Assembly: GCA_044225565.1 (NCBI GenBank)
Contig: JBGAIL010000083.1
Location: 1 to 20,600, forward strand
Origin: Steroidobacteraceae bacterium
GTDB taxonomy: Bacteria > Pseudomonadota > Gammaproteobacteria > Steroidobacterales > Steroidobacteraceae
Length of the DNA: 20,600 nt
Direction: 5' to 3'
Below the pieces are notes generated by a model. That model was not told where the DNA came from. It saw only the letters and a program-made list of their open reading frames with translations, and ran no database searches. Positions within the stretch are counted from its first letter, which is position 1. Each line of letters begins with the position of its first letter. A program made the translations under genes and the position numbers. Positions 7,998 through 15,686 of the stretch are shown here, piece by piece.

Positions 7998-9146
7998 ATG
8001 TTCGGAATGAAGCGAATCATCGTCGCCCGGCACGAGCGCGGCCTCGTCTTCCGTAACAGGAGCTTCGAGGCCATCCTCGAGCCGGGCGTGCACTGGCTGT
8101 TCGATCCGCTCGCGCGGACCGAAGTGCAGGTGTACGACCTGACGACCCCGGAATTCGAGCACCCGCGCGTCGACTTCCTCGTGAAGGATGCGCGCGCCAC
8201 GGTCGAGAAGCACTTCGAGATCGTGGAGCTCGGCGACCGTGAAGTCGGCGTCGTATACAAGCACGGCAAGGTCGCGGGCGTGCTTGCGCCGGGTCGGCGC
8301 CAGCTCTACTGGCGCAGCCCCATCGAAGTGCGTGTCGAGAAGGTGGACATCTCGGAGGAATTCGAGATTCCGTCGCAGCTCGCAAGCATCCTCGTGCGTG
8401 CGAAGGCGCCTCTCGCGGCTTCGGTCGCGGAAGCGGTGAGCGCCATCGAAGTGCCGGACACCGCGATCGGCCTTCTGATCGTGGACGGCGGGCTCGCGAA
8501 GGTGCTCGAGCCGGGACTGCACGCGTTCTGGAAGTACCAGCGCGCGCTGAAGACCGAGCTCGTGGACCGCCGCGTGCAGGCCATGGAAGTCTCGGGCCAG
8601 GAGATCCTGACCCGCGACAAGGTGAGCCTGCGTGTGAACCTCACCGCGCTCTGGCAGGTGCTGGACGTGGTGAAGGCGCGCAGTGAGCTGAGCAACTTCG
8701 TGGAGCTCGTCTACAAGGAGCTGCAGTTCGCGCTGCGCGAGGCGGTGGGTGTGCGCACTCTCGATGAGCTGCTCGGCGACAAGGGCGTGCTGGATCGCGA
8801 GATCGGCACGGCCGTACGCGCCAAGGTCGAGGAGCACGGCATGGTGGTGCGTTCGGTGGGCGTGAAGGACGTCATCCTGCCTGGTGAGATGAAGACCATC
8901 CTCAACCAGGTGGTGGAGGCGGAGAAGATCGCCCAGGCGAACCTCATCAAGCGTCGCGAGGAGACGGCGGCGACCCGTTCGCTGCTGAACACCGCTCGCC
9001 TCATGGACGAGAACCCGACGCTGCTTCGCCTGAAGGAGCTCGAGACGCTGGAGAAGGTGACCGAGAAGATCGACAAGCTCACGGTCTTCGGTGGCCTCGA
9101 TGGCGTGCTGAAGGACGTGGTGCGGATCCGGGTGCCCGGCACCTGA
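7998..9146 (+). CDS. Soluble SPFH/Band-7 domain protein (COG4260 'putative virion core protein' type), no transmembrane segment
   Basis: The C-terminal 200 aa form an SPFH/stomatin-prohibitin-flotillin core (QEILTRDKVSLRVNLTALWQV...VRSVGVKDVILPGEMKTILNQVVEAEKIAQANLIKRREETAA...). The 170-aa N-terminal extension has no hydrophobic helix. A GAAGGAG Shine-Dalgarno lies 9 nt upstream of the ATG. Confidence 0.85.
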   Translation: MFGMKRIIVARHERGLVFRNRSFEAILEPGVHWLFDPLARTEVQVYDLTTPEFEHPRVDFLVKDARATVEKHFEIVELGDREVGVVYKHGKVAGVLAPGRRQLYWRSPIEVRVEKVDISEEFEIPSQLASILVRAKAPLAASVAEAVSAIEVPDTAIGLLIVDGGLAKVLEPGLHAFWKYQRALKTELVDRRVQAMEVSGQEILTRDKVSLRVNLTALWQVLDVVKARSELSNFVELVYKELQFALREAVGVRTLDELLGDKGVLDREIGTAVRAKVEEHGMVVRSVGVKDVILPGEMKTILNQVVEAEKIAQANLIKRREETAATRSLLNTARLMDENPTLLRLKELETLEKVTEKIDKLTVFGGLDGVLKDVVRIRVPGT

Positions 9147-9167
9147 TTTCGATTCGCATCGCGACGG

Positions 9168-9202
9168 GCCTGGCGGGTGCAATGCCCGCCAGGCTTTTTT
9201 TT
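9168..9202 (+). terminator. Strong rho-independent terminator 22 nt after the SPFH stop
   Basis: A 10-bp stem (GCCTGGCGGG / CCCGCCAGGC) with a 7-nt loop is followed by T8. The ATG of track ORF 9182 sits inside the loop. Confidence 0.85.
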
Positions 9203-9260
9203 ACAGAATCTGGGCAACCCCGAAAGCTTTCTCCCGGAAACCCGGAACTTCTTTACTTTG

Positions 9261-9280
9261 AACATATCTTAAGATATGTT
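9261..9280. promoter_or_regulatory. Perfect 20-bp AT-rich palindrome AACATATCTTAAGATATGTT (candidate PadR operator), with an extra ATATCT half-site at 9288-9293
   Basis: The palindrome is exactly self-complementary. It lies 28 nt upstream of the PadR ATG (9308) and just before the GGAGGT Shine-Dalgarno (9295-9300). It is a strikingly AT-rich patch in a 68% GC context. Confidence 0.5.
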
Positions 9281-9307
9281 TTTAGCCATATCTGGAGGTA
9301 CTACACC

Positions 9308-9961
9308 ATGCATCGACATTTCCATCACCACTTTTCCGGCCGTCACGGCCATCGTCACTTCGGCGGCCACGGTCGCGGCGGGTTCTTCGGCGGTCGCTTC
9401 GGCGGCGGCGGGGGCCACGGCATGCGCATGGCGCGCATGCTCGGCTCGGGCGACCTGCAGCTCGTCATCCTGAAGCTGCTCAGCGAGAAGCCCCGGCACG
9501 GCTACGAGATCATCAAGGCCATCGAGGAGCACTCGAGCGGCATCTACACGCCGAGCCCCGGCATGGTCTACCCCGCCCTCACCTATCTCGAGGAGACGGG
9601 CTACGCCACGGCCGCCGCGGAAGGCGCGAAGAAGCTCTACAGCATCACGCCCGAAGGCGAGGCGCACCTGCAGGAGAACCGCGGCACCGCCGACGAAGTC
9701 TGGAACCAGCTCGCCGCCGTCGGCCGCCGCTTCGCGAGCTTCCAGCAGCAGGCCGCCGAAGAGGAGGACGTCGCCGAGAACTTCGGCCGCGGCTCCGGCC
9801 GCGAGCGGCGCGCCGAATGGCACGAGCTCAAGGCCGAGTTCCGCGGCCTGCGCGAGGAGCTGAAGACGGCCATCTATGAGAAGCTGAACGCCTCCCTGGA
9901 AGAGAAGCAGCGCGTGCTCGCCATCCTACGGCGCGCGGTCGAGGACATCCGCAAGTCATGA
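9308..9961 (+). CDS. PadR-family transcriptional regulator with an about 40-aa His/Gly/Phe-rich N-terminal extension
   Basis: The PadR wHTH core is GDLQLVILKLLSEKPRHGYEIIKAIEE...YTPSPGMVYPALTYLEETGY. The N-terminus is MHRHFHHHFSGRHGHRHFGGHGRGGFFGGRFGGGGGHG. The ATG at 9308 has the Shine-Dalgarno GGAGGT 7 nt upstream. Third codon positions in the His-rich part are C/G-rich, consistent with coding. The track start at 9182 is rejected because it lies inside the terminator loop. Confidence 0.8.
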   Translation: MHRHFHHHFSGRHGHRHFGGHGRGGFFGGRFGGGGGHGMRMARMLGSGDLQLVILKLLSEKPRHGYEIIKAIEEHSSGIYTPSPGMVYPALTYLEETGYATAAAEGAKKLYSITPEGEAHLQENRGTADEVWNQLAAVGRRFASFQQQAAEEEDVAENFGRGSGRERRAEWHELKAEFRGLREELKTAIYEKLNASLEEKQRVLAILRRAVEDIRKS

Positions 9962-11223
9962 GCCCCACCCTGCCCGCTGCCGGCTCGTTCACGAGCCGGC
10001 AGAAGATCGTCGTCGCGATCCTGGCCTTCCTGCAGTTCACCATCGTGCTCGACTTCATGCTGCTCTCGCCGCTCGGCGCCATCGTGATGCCGGCGCTGAG
10101 CATCTCGACGGCGCAGTTCGGCCTCGTGGTATCCGTCTACGCGTTCAGTGCCGGCGTGGCCGGCTTCCTGGCAGCGGGCTACGCGGACCGCTTCGATCGC
10201 AAGACGATGTTGCTGGTCTTCTATGCAGGGTTCCTGGCGGGCACCCTGCTCTGCGGCATGGTCTCCACCTATCACGGCCTCCTCGTCGCGCGCATGGTCG
10301 CGGGGCTGTTCGGCGGCGTCGTGTCGGCAGTCTCGATGGCGATCATCACTGACCTCTTCCCGCTGCAGATGCGCGGGCGCGTCATGGGCATCGTCCAGAC
10401 GGCGTTCGCGGCGAGCTCCGTGCTCGGCATTCCTCTCGCCCTCGTGCTCTCGAACCACGGCGGGTGGAACAAGCCGTTCCTGCTGATCGCGGGCGTGGGC
10501 GCGCTCGTCGGCGTGCTCATCAAGTGGGGATTGCCCGCGGTGCGCGGGCATCTGGCGCATCATCCGGACCGCAAGCCCCTGCATCATCTCCTGAGCACGC
10601 TCGCCAACCGGCATTACCTGCTCGGCTTCGCCGCCACCGGCCTGCTGACGGTGGGCGGCTTCATGCTGATGCCCTTCGTCAGCATCTTCACCGTGCACAA
10701 CGTCGGCATCCCGGTGGAGAAGCTGCCGGTCATGTACACCGTCACCGGCATCGCCTCCATCGTCATGGGCCCGTTGATCGGGCGCGCCAGCGACTCGTTC
10801 GGGAAGCTGAAGGTGTTCCTGTTCGGCTGCATCGTCACCATCGTCATGGTGACGATCTACACGCACCTGCACGTCGTCCCGCTCGCCATGCTCATCGCGG
10901 TGATGGTGGTGCTGCACATCGGCATCTTCTCGCGCATGATCTCCTCCACCGCGCTCACCTCGGCGCTGCCCCAGCCCACGGATCGCGGCGCGTACATGTC
11001 CATCAGCTCGTCGTTGCAGCAGATGTCGGGCGGCATCGCCGCGGTGATCGCGGGCTCCATCGTCGCGCAGGCGCCGGATGGCACGCTGCTGCACTTCCCG
11101 GTGCTCGGTTATGTGTTGATCTGCACCACGCTGCTGTCGCTGGCCCTGATGGCGCTCATCGATCGAAGGGTGCGCGAAGGCGAAGCGCCGTTGGTGCCTC
11201 GCCCTGCGGTGGCGCCGGAATAG
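9958..11223 (+). CDS. MFS transporter (12-TM, drug/metabolite efflux type), translationally coupled to PadR
   Basis: The 421-aa hydrophobic protein has the MFS motif GYADRFDRKTMLL. Its ATG overlaps the PadR stop (ATGA). Confidence 0.85.
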   Translation: MSPTLPAAGSFTSRQKIVVAILAFLQFTIVLDFMLLSPLGAIVMPALSISTAQFGLVVSVYAFSAGVAGFLAAGYADRFDRKTMLLVFYAGFLAGTLLCGMVSTYHGLLVARMVAGLFGGVVSAVSMAIITDLFPLQMRGRVMGIVQTAFAASSVLGIPLALVLSNHGGWNKPFLLIAGVGALVGVLIKWGLPAVRGHLAHHPDRKPLHHLLSTLANRHYLLGFAATGLLTVGGFMLMPFVSIFTVHNVGIPVEKLPVMYTVTGIASIVMGPLIGRASDSFGKLKVFLFGCIVTIVMVTIYTHLHVVPLAMLIAVMVVLHIGIFSRMISSTALTSALPQPTDRGAYMSISSSLQQMSGGIAAVIAGSIVAQAPDGTLLHFPVLGYVLICTTLLSLALMALIDRRVREGEAPLVPRPAVAPE

Positions 11224-11224
11224 C

Positions 11225-12985
11225 TCAATTGCCCCGCATCACGCCCTCTTCCCACGCCCGCACGATCTTCTCGAGCGTATCGAGCGGCACTGCGCCGCTG
11301 CCCAGCACCACGTCGTGGAAGGCACGCACGTCGAACTTTGAGCCGAGCTTCGCTTCGGCCTCGCGCCGCAGCTCGAGGAACTTCAGCTGCCCGATCTTGT
11401 ACGCCAGCGCCTGGCCGGGCCAGGCGATGTAGCGATCCACCTCGTTCACGATGTCCGCCTCGGTCTTCGCGGCATTGGCCTTGAAGTAGTCGACCGCCTG
11501 CTGGCGCGTCCAGTGCTTGTAGTGCATGCCCGTGTCCACCACCAGCCGCACGGCACGCCACATCTCGTAGGTGAGCTGGCCGAACTTCGAGTACGGATCC
11601 TGGTAGAGCCCCAGCTCTTCCCCGAGACTCTCCGAATAGAGGCCCCAGCCTTCCACGAACGCGGTGAAGCCCGCCTTGCGGCGAAAGGTCGGCAGTCCTT
11701 CCAGCTCCATCGCCAGGGCCAGCTGCAGGTGATGGCCCGGCACGGCCTCGTGCACCGTCAGCACTTCGATCTCGTACTTCGGCCGCACTTCGGGGCGGTA
11801 GAGGTTCACGTAGTAGTAGCCCGCGCGCAGGCCATCGAGCGCGGGCTCCTGGTAGTACGCCGTAGTGGTGTTCGGAGCGCTGGTGGCAGGAATGGGCCGC
11901 AAGCCATAGGGCATGCGCGGCAGCTTCCCGAACAGCCTCACCAGCTCCGGATCGATGCGCTTCGCCGTGGTGGCGTAGGCCGAGAACAGCTCCTCGGGCG
12001 TCTTGTAGTAGAACCGGGGATCGGTGCGCAGGAACTGCACGAACTCCTCGAAGCTGCCCTTGAAGCCTATCGCCTCGATCACGCGATCCATCTCGCCGCG
12101 GATGCGCGCCACTTCCTTCAGGCCGATCTCGTGGATTTGCTGCGGCGTGAGCGAGGTGGTGGTATGAAAAGCGGCACGCTCGCCATAGAACGCATCGCCA
12201 TCCGGCGTGTCCCAGATGCCCACGGTGGTGCGGCCGGCCGGCAGGTACTGCTTCCGGAAGAATTCGTCGAGCCGCCGATAGGCGGGCAGAACCACCTGCT
12301 CCACCGCAGCACGCCCTTCCGCGGCGAGTTGCGTGCGCTGCGCCTGCGGTATCGAGGCGGACATGCGCTTGAAGGGCTCGAAGAACGCGCTCTCTTCGGG
12401 CTTCGCGGAAGAAAGCGTCGCCAGCGGCTGCACGATGCGGTCGAGCACGACGCGCGGTTGCGTGCGTTTCTCGCGAATCGCGATCTTCAGCAGCGCGATG
12501 CTCTGGTCGATGTATGGGCCGATCGCCCGCAGGCGGGCGACCCAGCTCTCGTAGTCGCGCACCGAGTCGAAGGCGATCAGTTCCGCCGTCTCGGACAGCG
12601 TGTGCAGGCCGTCGCGCGAGAGAATCTGGTAGAGATGATCCTTGAACGGCTTCGTCGCGAGGCGGGCGCGATAATCGTGCTCGAAGAGGTCGTAGCTCAG
12701 CTGGTCCGCGGCGGAGAGTCCGTTGCGATCGATGGCATGCAGCCGCTCGAGCGTCTGAGCGTCCGCTGCGTCCCGGCGCGCGATGGCCGCCGGGCTGAGA
12801 TCGGGCAGGCGCGCGTCGTATCGATGATCGCCGAGGTAAGTCGCAGCGAGCGGGTTCTCGCGGACGTCGCGCTCCCAGGACTCGTCGAACAACTGGTGCA
12901 ACGCCTGCGAGCCCTGCCCGGCTGCGACGCAGACAACCGGAAGGAAGGTTAGCGCCGCGAAGCAGATGAGACGCCGCACGCTCAT
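11225..12985 (-). CDS. Secreted DUF885-family protein (putative HExxH-like metallopeptidase)
   Basis: The protein carries the DUF885 signature HEAVPGHHLQ and the PGQALAYKIG motif. The signal peptide MSVRRLICFAALTFLPVVCVAAG starts at 12985; track ORF 11225..13099 extends further upstream with no signal-peptide character. The stop is 1 nt from the convergent MFS stop. Confidence 0.75.
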   Translation of the reverse strand: MSVRRLICFAALTFLPVVCVAAGQGSQALHQLFDESWERDVRENPLAATYLGDHRYDARLPDLSPAAIARRDAADAQTLERLHAIDRNGLSAADQLSYDLFEHDYRARLATKPFKDHLYQILSRDGLHTLSETAELIAFDSVRDYESWVARLRAIGPYIDQSIALLKIAIREKRTQPRVVLDRIVQPLATLSSAKPEESAFFEPFKRMSASIPQAQRTQLAAEGRAAVEQVVLPAYRRLDEFFRKQYLPAGRTTVGIWDTPDGDAFYGERAAFHTTTSLTPQQIHEIGLKEVARIRGEMDRVIEAIGFKGSFEEFVQFLRTDPRFYYKTPEELFSAYATTAKRIDPELVRLFGKLPRMPYGLRPIPATSAPNTTTAYYQEPALDGLRAGYYYVNLYRPEVRPKYEIEVLTVHEAVPGHHLQLALAMELEGLPTFRRKAGFTAFVEGWGLYSESLGEELGLYQDPYSKFGQLTYEMWRAVRLVVDTGMHYKHWTRQQAVDYFKANAAKTEADIVNEVDRYIAWPGQALAYKIGQLKFLELRREAEAKLGSKFDVRAFHDVVLGSGAVPLDTLEKIVRAWEEGVMRGN

Positions 12986-13037
12986 CGCCCGCCGTACGCT
13001 CCTGCGCGTCTCGCGGCCGTGCAGCATCCCGCGCCCA

Positions 13038-13907
13038 TCAGTCCGCCGCAGTGGCTTTCGCCGCGCGGCTCTCCATCCAGGTGCGGATGCGCTTCGCATC
13101 GGCGACCCGGGTGTACTTGCCCACGGAGTTCAGCAGCACGAAGGTGACCTTCCGGTCTTCCACCTTGGCCTGCATCACCAGGCAATGCCCCGCTTCGCTG
13201 ATGTAGCCGGTCTTCTGCACCGCCACGTCCCACATGGGGTTCGACACCAGCGAATTGGTGTTGTGGAAGCCGAGCAGGCGCTTGCCCACGCGCACCGTGT
13301 GCTCGCGGCTGGTGGACCAGTCGCGGATCCTCTCGTTGCGGCCCGCGGCCGCGATGAGCTTGGCGAGGTCGCGCGCGGTGGAGACGTTCGCACTGGAAAG
13401 CCCGGAAGGATCCACGAACTTCGTATTCGTCATGCCGAGGGCGCGCGCCTTCAGGTTCATGGTGCGGACGAAGGCCCTGAGGCCGCCCGGATAACTCCGC
13501 CCCAGCGCGTGCGCGGCGCGGTTTTCCGAAGACATGAGCGCGAGGTGCAGCAGATCGCGGCGGGTGAGCTTCGCCCCGAAGGGCAGGCGCGAGTACCAGC
13601 CCTTGCCCTTGCGGCTGTCGTCCTTCACGAGCTCCACGCGCTCGTCCAGCGACTGCTTGCCGTCGAGCACCACGAGGGCGGTCATCAGCTTGGTGATGGA
13701 GGCGATGGGGGTGACGTCGTCCTGATTGCGTGCGAACACCACCGAGGCGTTGGATTCGTCCAGCACCAGCACGGCGCTGGAGCGGACGTCCGGCCCGTTC
13801 GTGGCCTTGCGCTTCGCGGCCGCGGGAGCGTGCGAGCCGAGCCCCGCGAAACCCACTGCGGCGAGCACCGCCGCCAGAACCACCCGCCGTCTCAGCATCG
13901 ACCCCAT
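13038..13907 (-). CDS. PBP7/PbpG-like D-alanyl-D-alanine endopeptidase/carboxypeptidase (S11 family), periplasmic
   Basis: All three motifs are present: SxxK (ASITKLM), SxN (SSEN) and KTG (KTGY). The signal peptide is MGSMLRRRVVLAAVLAAVGFAGLGSHA. The ATG at 13907 is preferred over the far-upstream track start at 14264. Confidence 0.8.
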   Translation of the reverse strand: MGSMLRRRVVLAAVLAAVGFAGLGSHAPAAAKRKATNGPDVRSSAVLVLDESNASVVFARNQDDVTPIASITKLMTALVVLDGKQSLDERVELVKDDSRKGKGWYSRLPFGAKLTRRDLLHLALMSSENRAAHALGRSYPGGLRAFVRTMNLKARALGMTNTKFVDPSGLSSANVSTARDLAKLIAAAGRNERIRDWSTSREHTVRVGKRLLGFHNTNSLVSNPMWDVAVQKTGYISEAGHCLVMQAKVEDRKVTFVLLNSVGKYTRVADAKRIRTWMESRAAKATAAD

Positions 13908-13952
13908 TTCCCGGCTGCCCCCGATGGGGCCGGGAGTGTAGCAGTGGGGTGA

Positions 13953-13995
13953 GGTCTTGCAATGTGCACGAGCCGCCCGTGCACGTTGCAAGACC
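13953..13995. promoter_or_regulatory. 18-bp inverted repeat with an 8-nt spacer, between the S12 hydrolase stop and the PBP7 start
   Basis: GGTCTTGCAATGTGCACG-agccgccc-CGTGCACGTTGCAAGACC has one mismatch. Each arm contains the self-complementary hexamers TTGCAA and GTGCAC. No T-tract follows on either strand. On the minus strand the right arm supplies a -35-like TTGCAA with TACACT 16 nt downstream. Confidence 0.4.
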
Positions 13996-14005
13996 TGACC
14001 CCGGA

Positions 14006-15683
14006 CTATCCGCCCGTGCGGCGGAAGAGGATGTTGCGAACCCCGGGGGCGTTCAGCCTGAAGCCCTTCGCGGGCGACTCGCCCGGCGCGAACTCGAGTA
14101 CGTAGTAACCGTAGAAGTGGTTCGCGTCCGCGGGCCGCAGCTTCTGCTCGCCGGTCGGAGTCGTCAGCACCAGCCGGCCCGCTTTCTCCGCGAGCGTGTA
14201 GTCCTGCTCGAGCTCTTCGCTGTGATACCGACCCACGTAACCGTCCAGGCTCCCGGGCTTCCACTCCTGCACACGCGCGTACTCGACGGGCTCGCCGTAA
14301 AAGAGCCCGTTGAAGCGGGGCGGGCCCGAAGCCGGCTTCGGCACGAACGCCATGTACGTCTGCGCGTAGTAGCTGTTCGCGTCGCCCAGGGTGACCAGGT
14401 AGCCGTGGGGCGCGACGGTCTCGATCGGATAGGCCGTCCGGCCTTCACGGAACCTGAGCTCGCCGCCGTCCTTCTCGAGCGTGACGTAAGAGCCGGTCCA
14501 GGTTTCGCGGTAGAGGCCGGCCGGCATCTGCGCAAGATCGCCAGCCCCCTGCACCTTCGCCATCTCGCGCGCATCCCAGGGCAGACCGGCCGGCTTGCCG
14601 TCGTTCAGATAGATCTCGGCGATCTTCAGCGACCGGCCCCACGCATCGGAATCCGTGCGGTTGCAGAGCACGATGACGCCAAGCTTCGCATCGGGAAAGT
14701 GGCGGAAATCCGAGCGGTACCCGTCGAACGCTCCCGGATGGCCGATGGAGCGGTATTGGCGATGCCCCGTGAGACGCACGCCGAAGCCATAGTCCACGCG
14801 CGTGCCATCACGGGTGACGCCCGCTTCCTGCATCCTCGCGATGACGTCCCTGCCACCGACCTGGCCGGTGACGAAGTTCGCATCCCACTTCGCGAAATCG
14901 TTGATGCTGGTGAAGACGTTGCTGGAGCCGATCACCCACCAGAGCGACTCTTCGCGCGTGAAGCCGTTCCTGCCGTCCCGCTTGTAAGCGCGCGCACGCA
15001 GCGGATCCCTTCACCGGATATTCATCCGGCACGAAGGTGTGAGTCATCTGCAACGGCGCGAAGATGTTGTCGTTGAGGAACTTCGTGAAGCGGACGCCGC
15101 TCACCCGCTCTACCGTGACCGCCAGCAGAAAATAGCCGGTGTTGCTGTATTCGTAGTGCTCGCCCGGCGGGCCCTGAGGCGACTTCAGCTTCGAGAGCGC
15201 GTGCATCCAGGCCTTCATGTCGACCCTGGACGCCTCGGTGTTGCCGCGCATCCCCATCAGCTCACCGCCATCGCCCAGGCCGCCGACGTGGTGCAGCACC
15301 TGGCGCAGGGTGATCCCTTCCGCATACGCCCCGAGCTCCGGCACGTGCTTGCGGATCGAATCCTCCAGCGAGAGCTTGCCGCGCTGCTCGAGGAGCAGGA
15401 TCGCCATCGCCGTGAACTCCTTCGACATCGAGGCGATGTTGAAGAGCGAGTCCGTCGTCAGCTTCCTGCCGTCTTCGATGGAGGAGTAGCCGTAAGCGCC
15501 GGAGTGCACGAGCTTGCCGCCCTGCACGACCCCCGCTGCGCAGCCTGGCTGCACTCCGCTGGCGAAGTCCGCAAAGACCTGCGCGACGCGCTGGTCGTTC
15601 GCAGATGTTTCAGCAATCGCGCAGTGCGAGCCCAACACCGACACGCCCGCGGACAGCAGGCTCAGCCATGTGCGGATCCTCAC
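14006..15683 (-). pseudogene. S12-family serine hydrolase (beta-lactamase fold, D-aminopeptidase/DD-peptidase-like, about 559 aa); one frameshift near 14990
   Basis: ORF 14808..15683 has a signal peptide, SxxK (SMSKEF) and YxN (YEYSNTGY), and reads correctly to ...THTFVPDEYPVKGSAA. The remainder (..WWVIGSSNVFTSINDFAKWDANF... plus a C-terminal domain of about 220 aa) is in the other minus frame, ORF 14006..14935. The frame breaks inside a GCGCGCGC run. The GTG start lies 3 nt after the TonB-receptor stop. Confidence 0.75.
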
Positions 15684-15686
15684 TCT

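Noticed and set aside
9182-9307. The track's upstream ATG start for the PadR ORF (MPARLFFTESGQ...).
   Set aside because: The ATG lies inside the loop of the SPFH terminator hairpin, and the extension covers the T-tract and the palindromic operator. The ATG at 9308 has a strong GGAGGT Shine-Dalgarno.
9308-9430. The idea that the His/Gly-rich stretch is an untranslated leader and PadR starts at the internal MRMARML.
   Set aside because: Third codon positions are strongly C/G-biased in the upstream frame. The Shine-Dalgarno fits the 9308 ATG. No Shine-Dalgarno precedes the internal ATG. This is kept as an alternative in the finding.
11221-11227. Convergent MFS and DUF885 stop codons only 1 nt apart with no terminator between them.
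   Set aside because: Tight convergent packing is common in compact genomes. Nothing further is recognisable.
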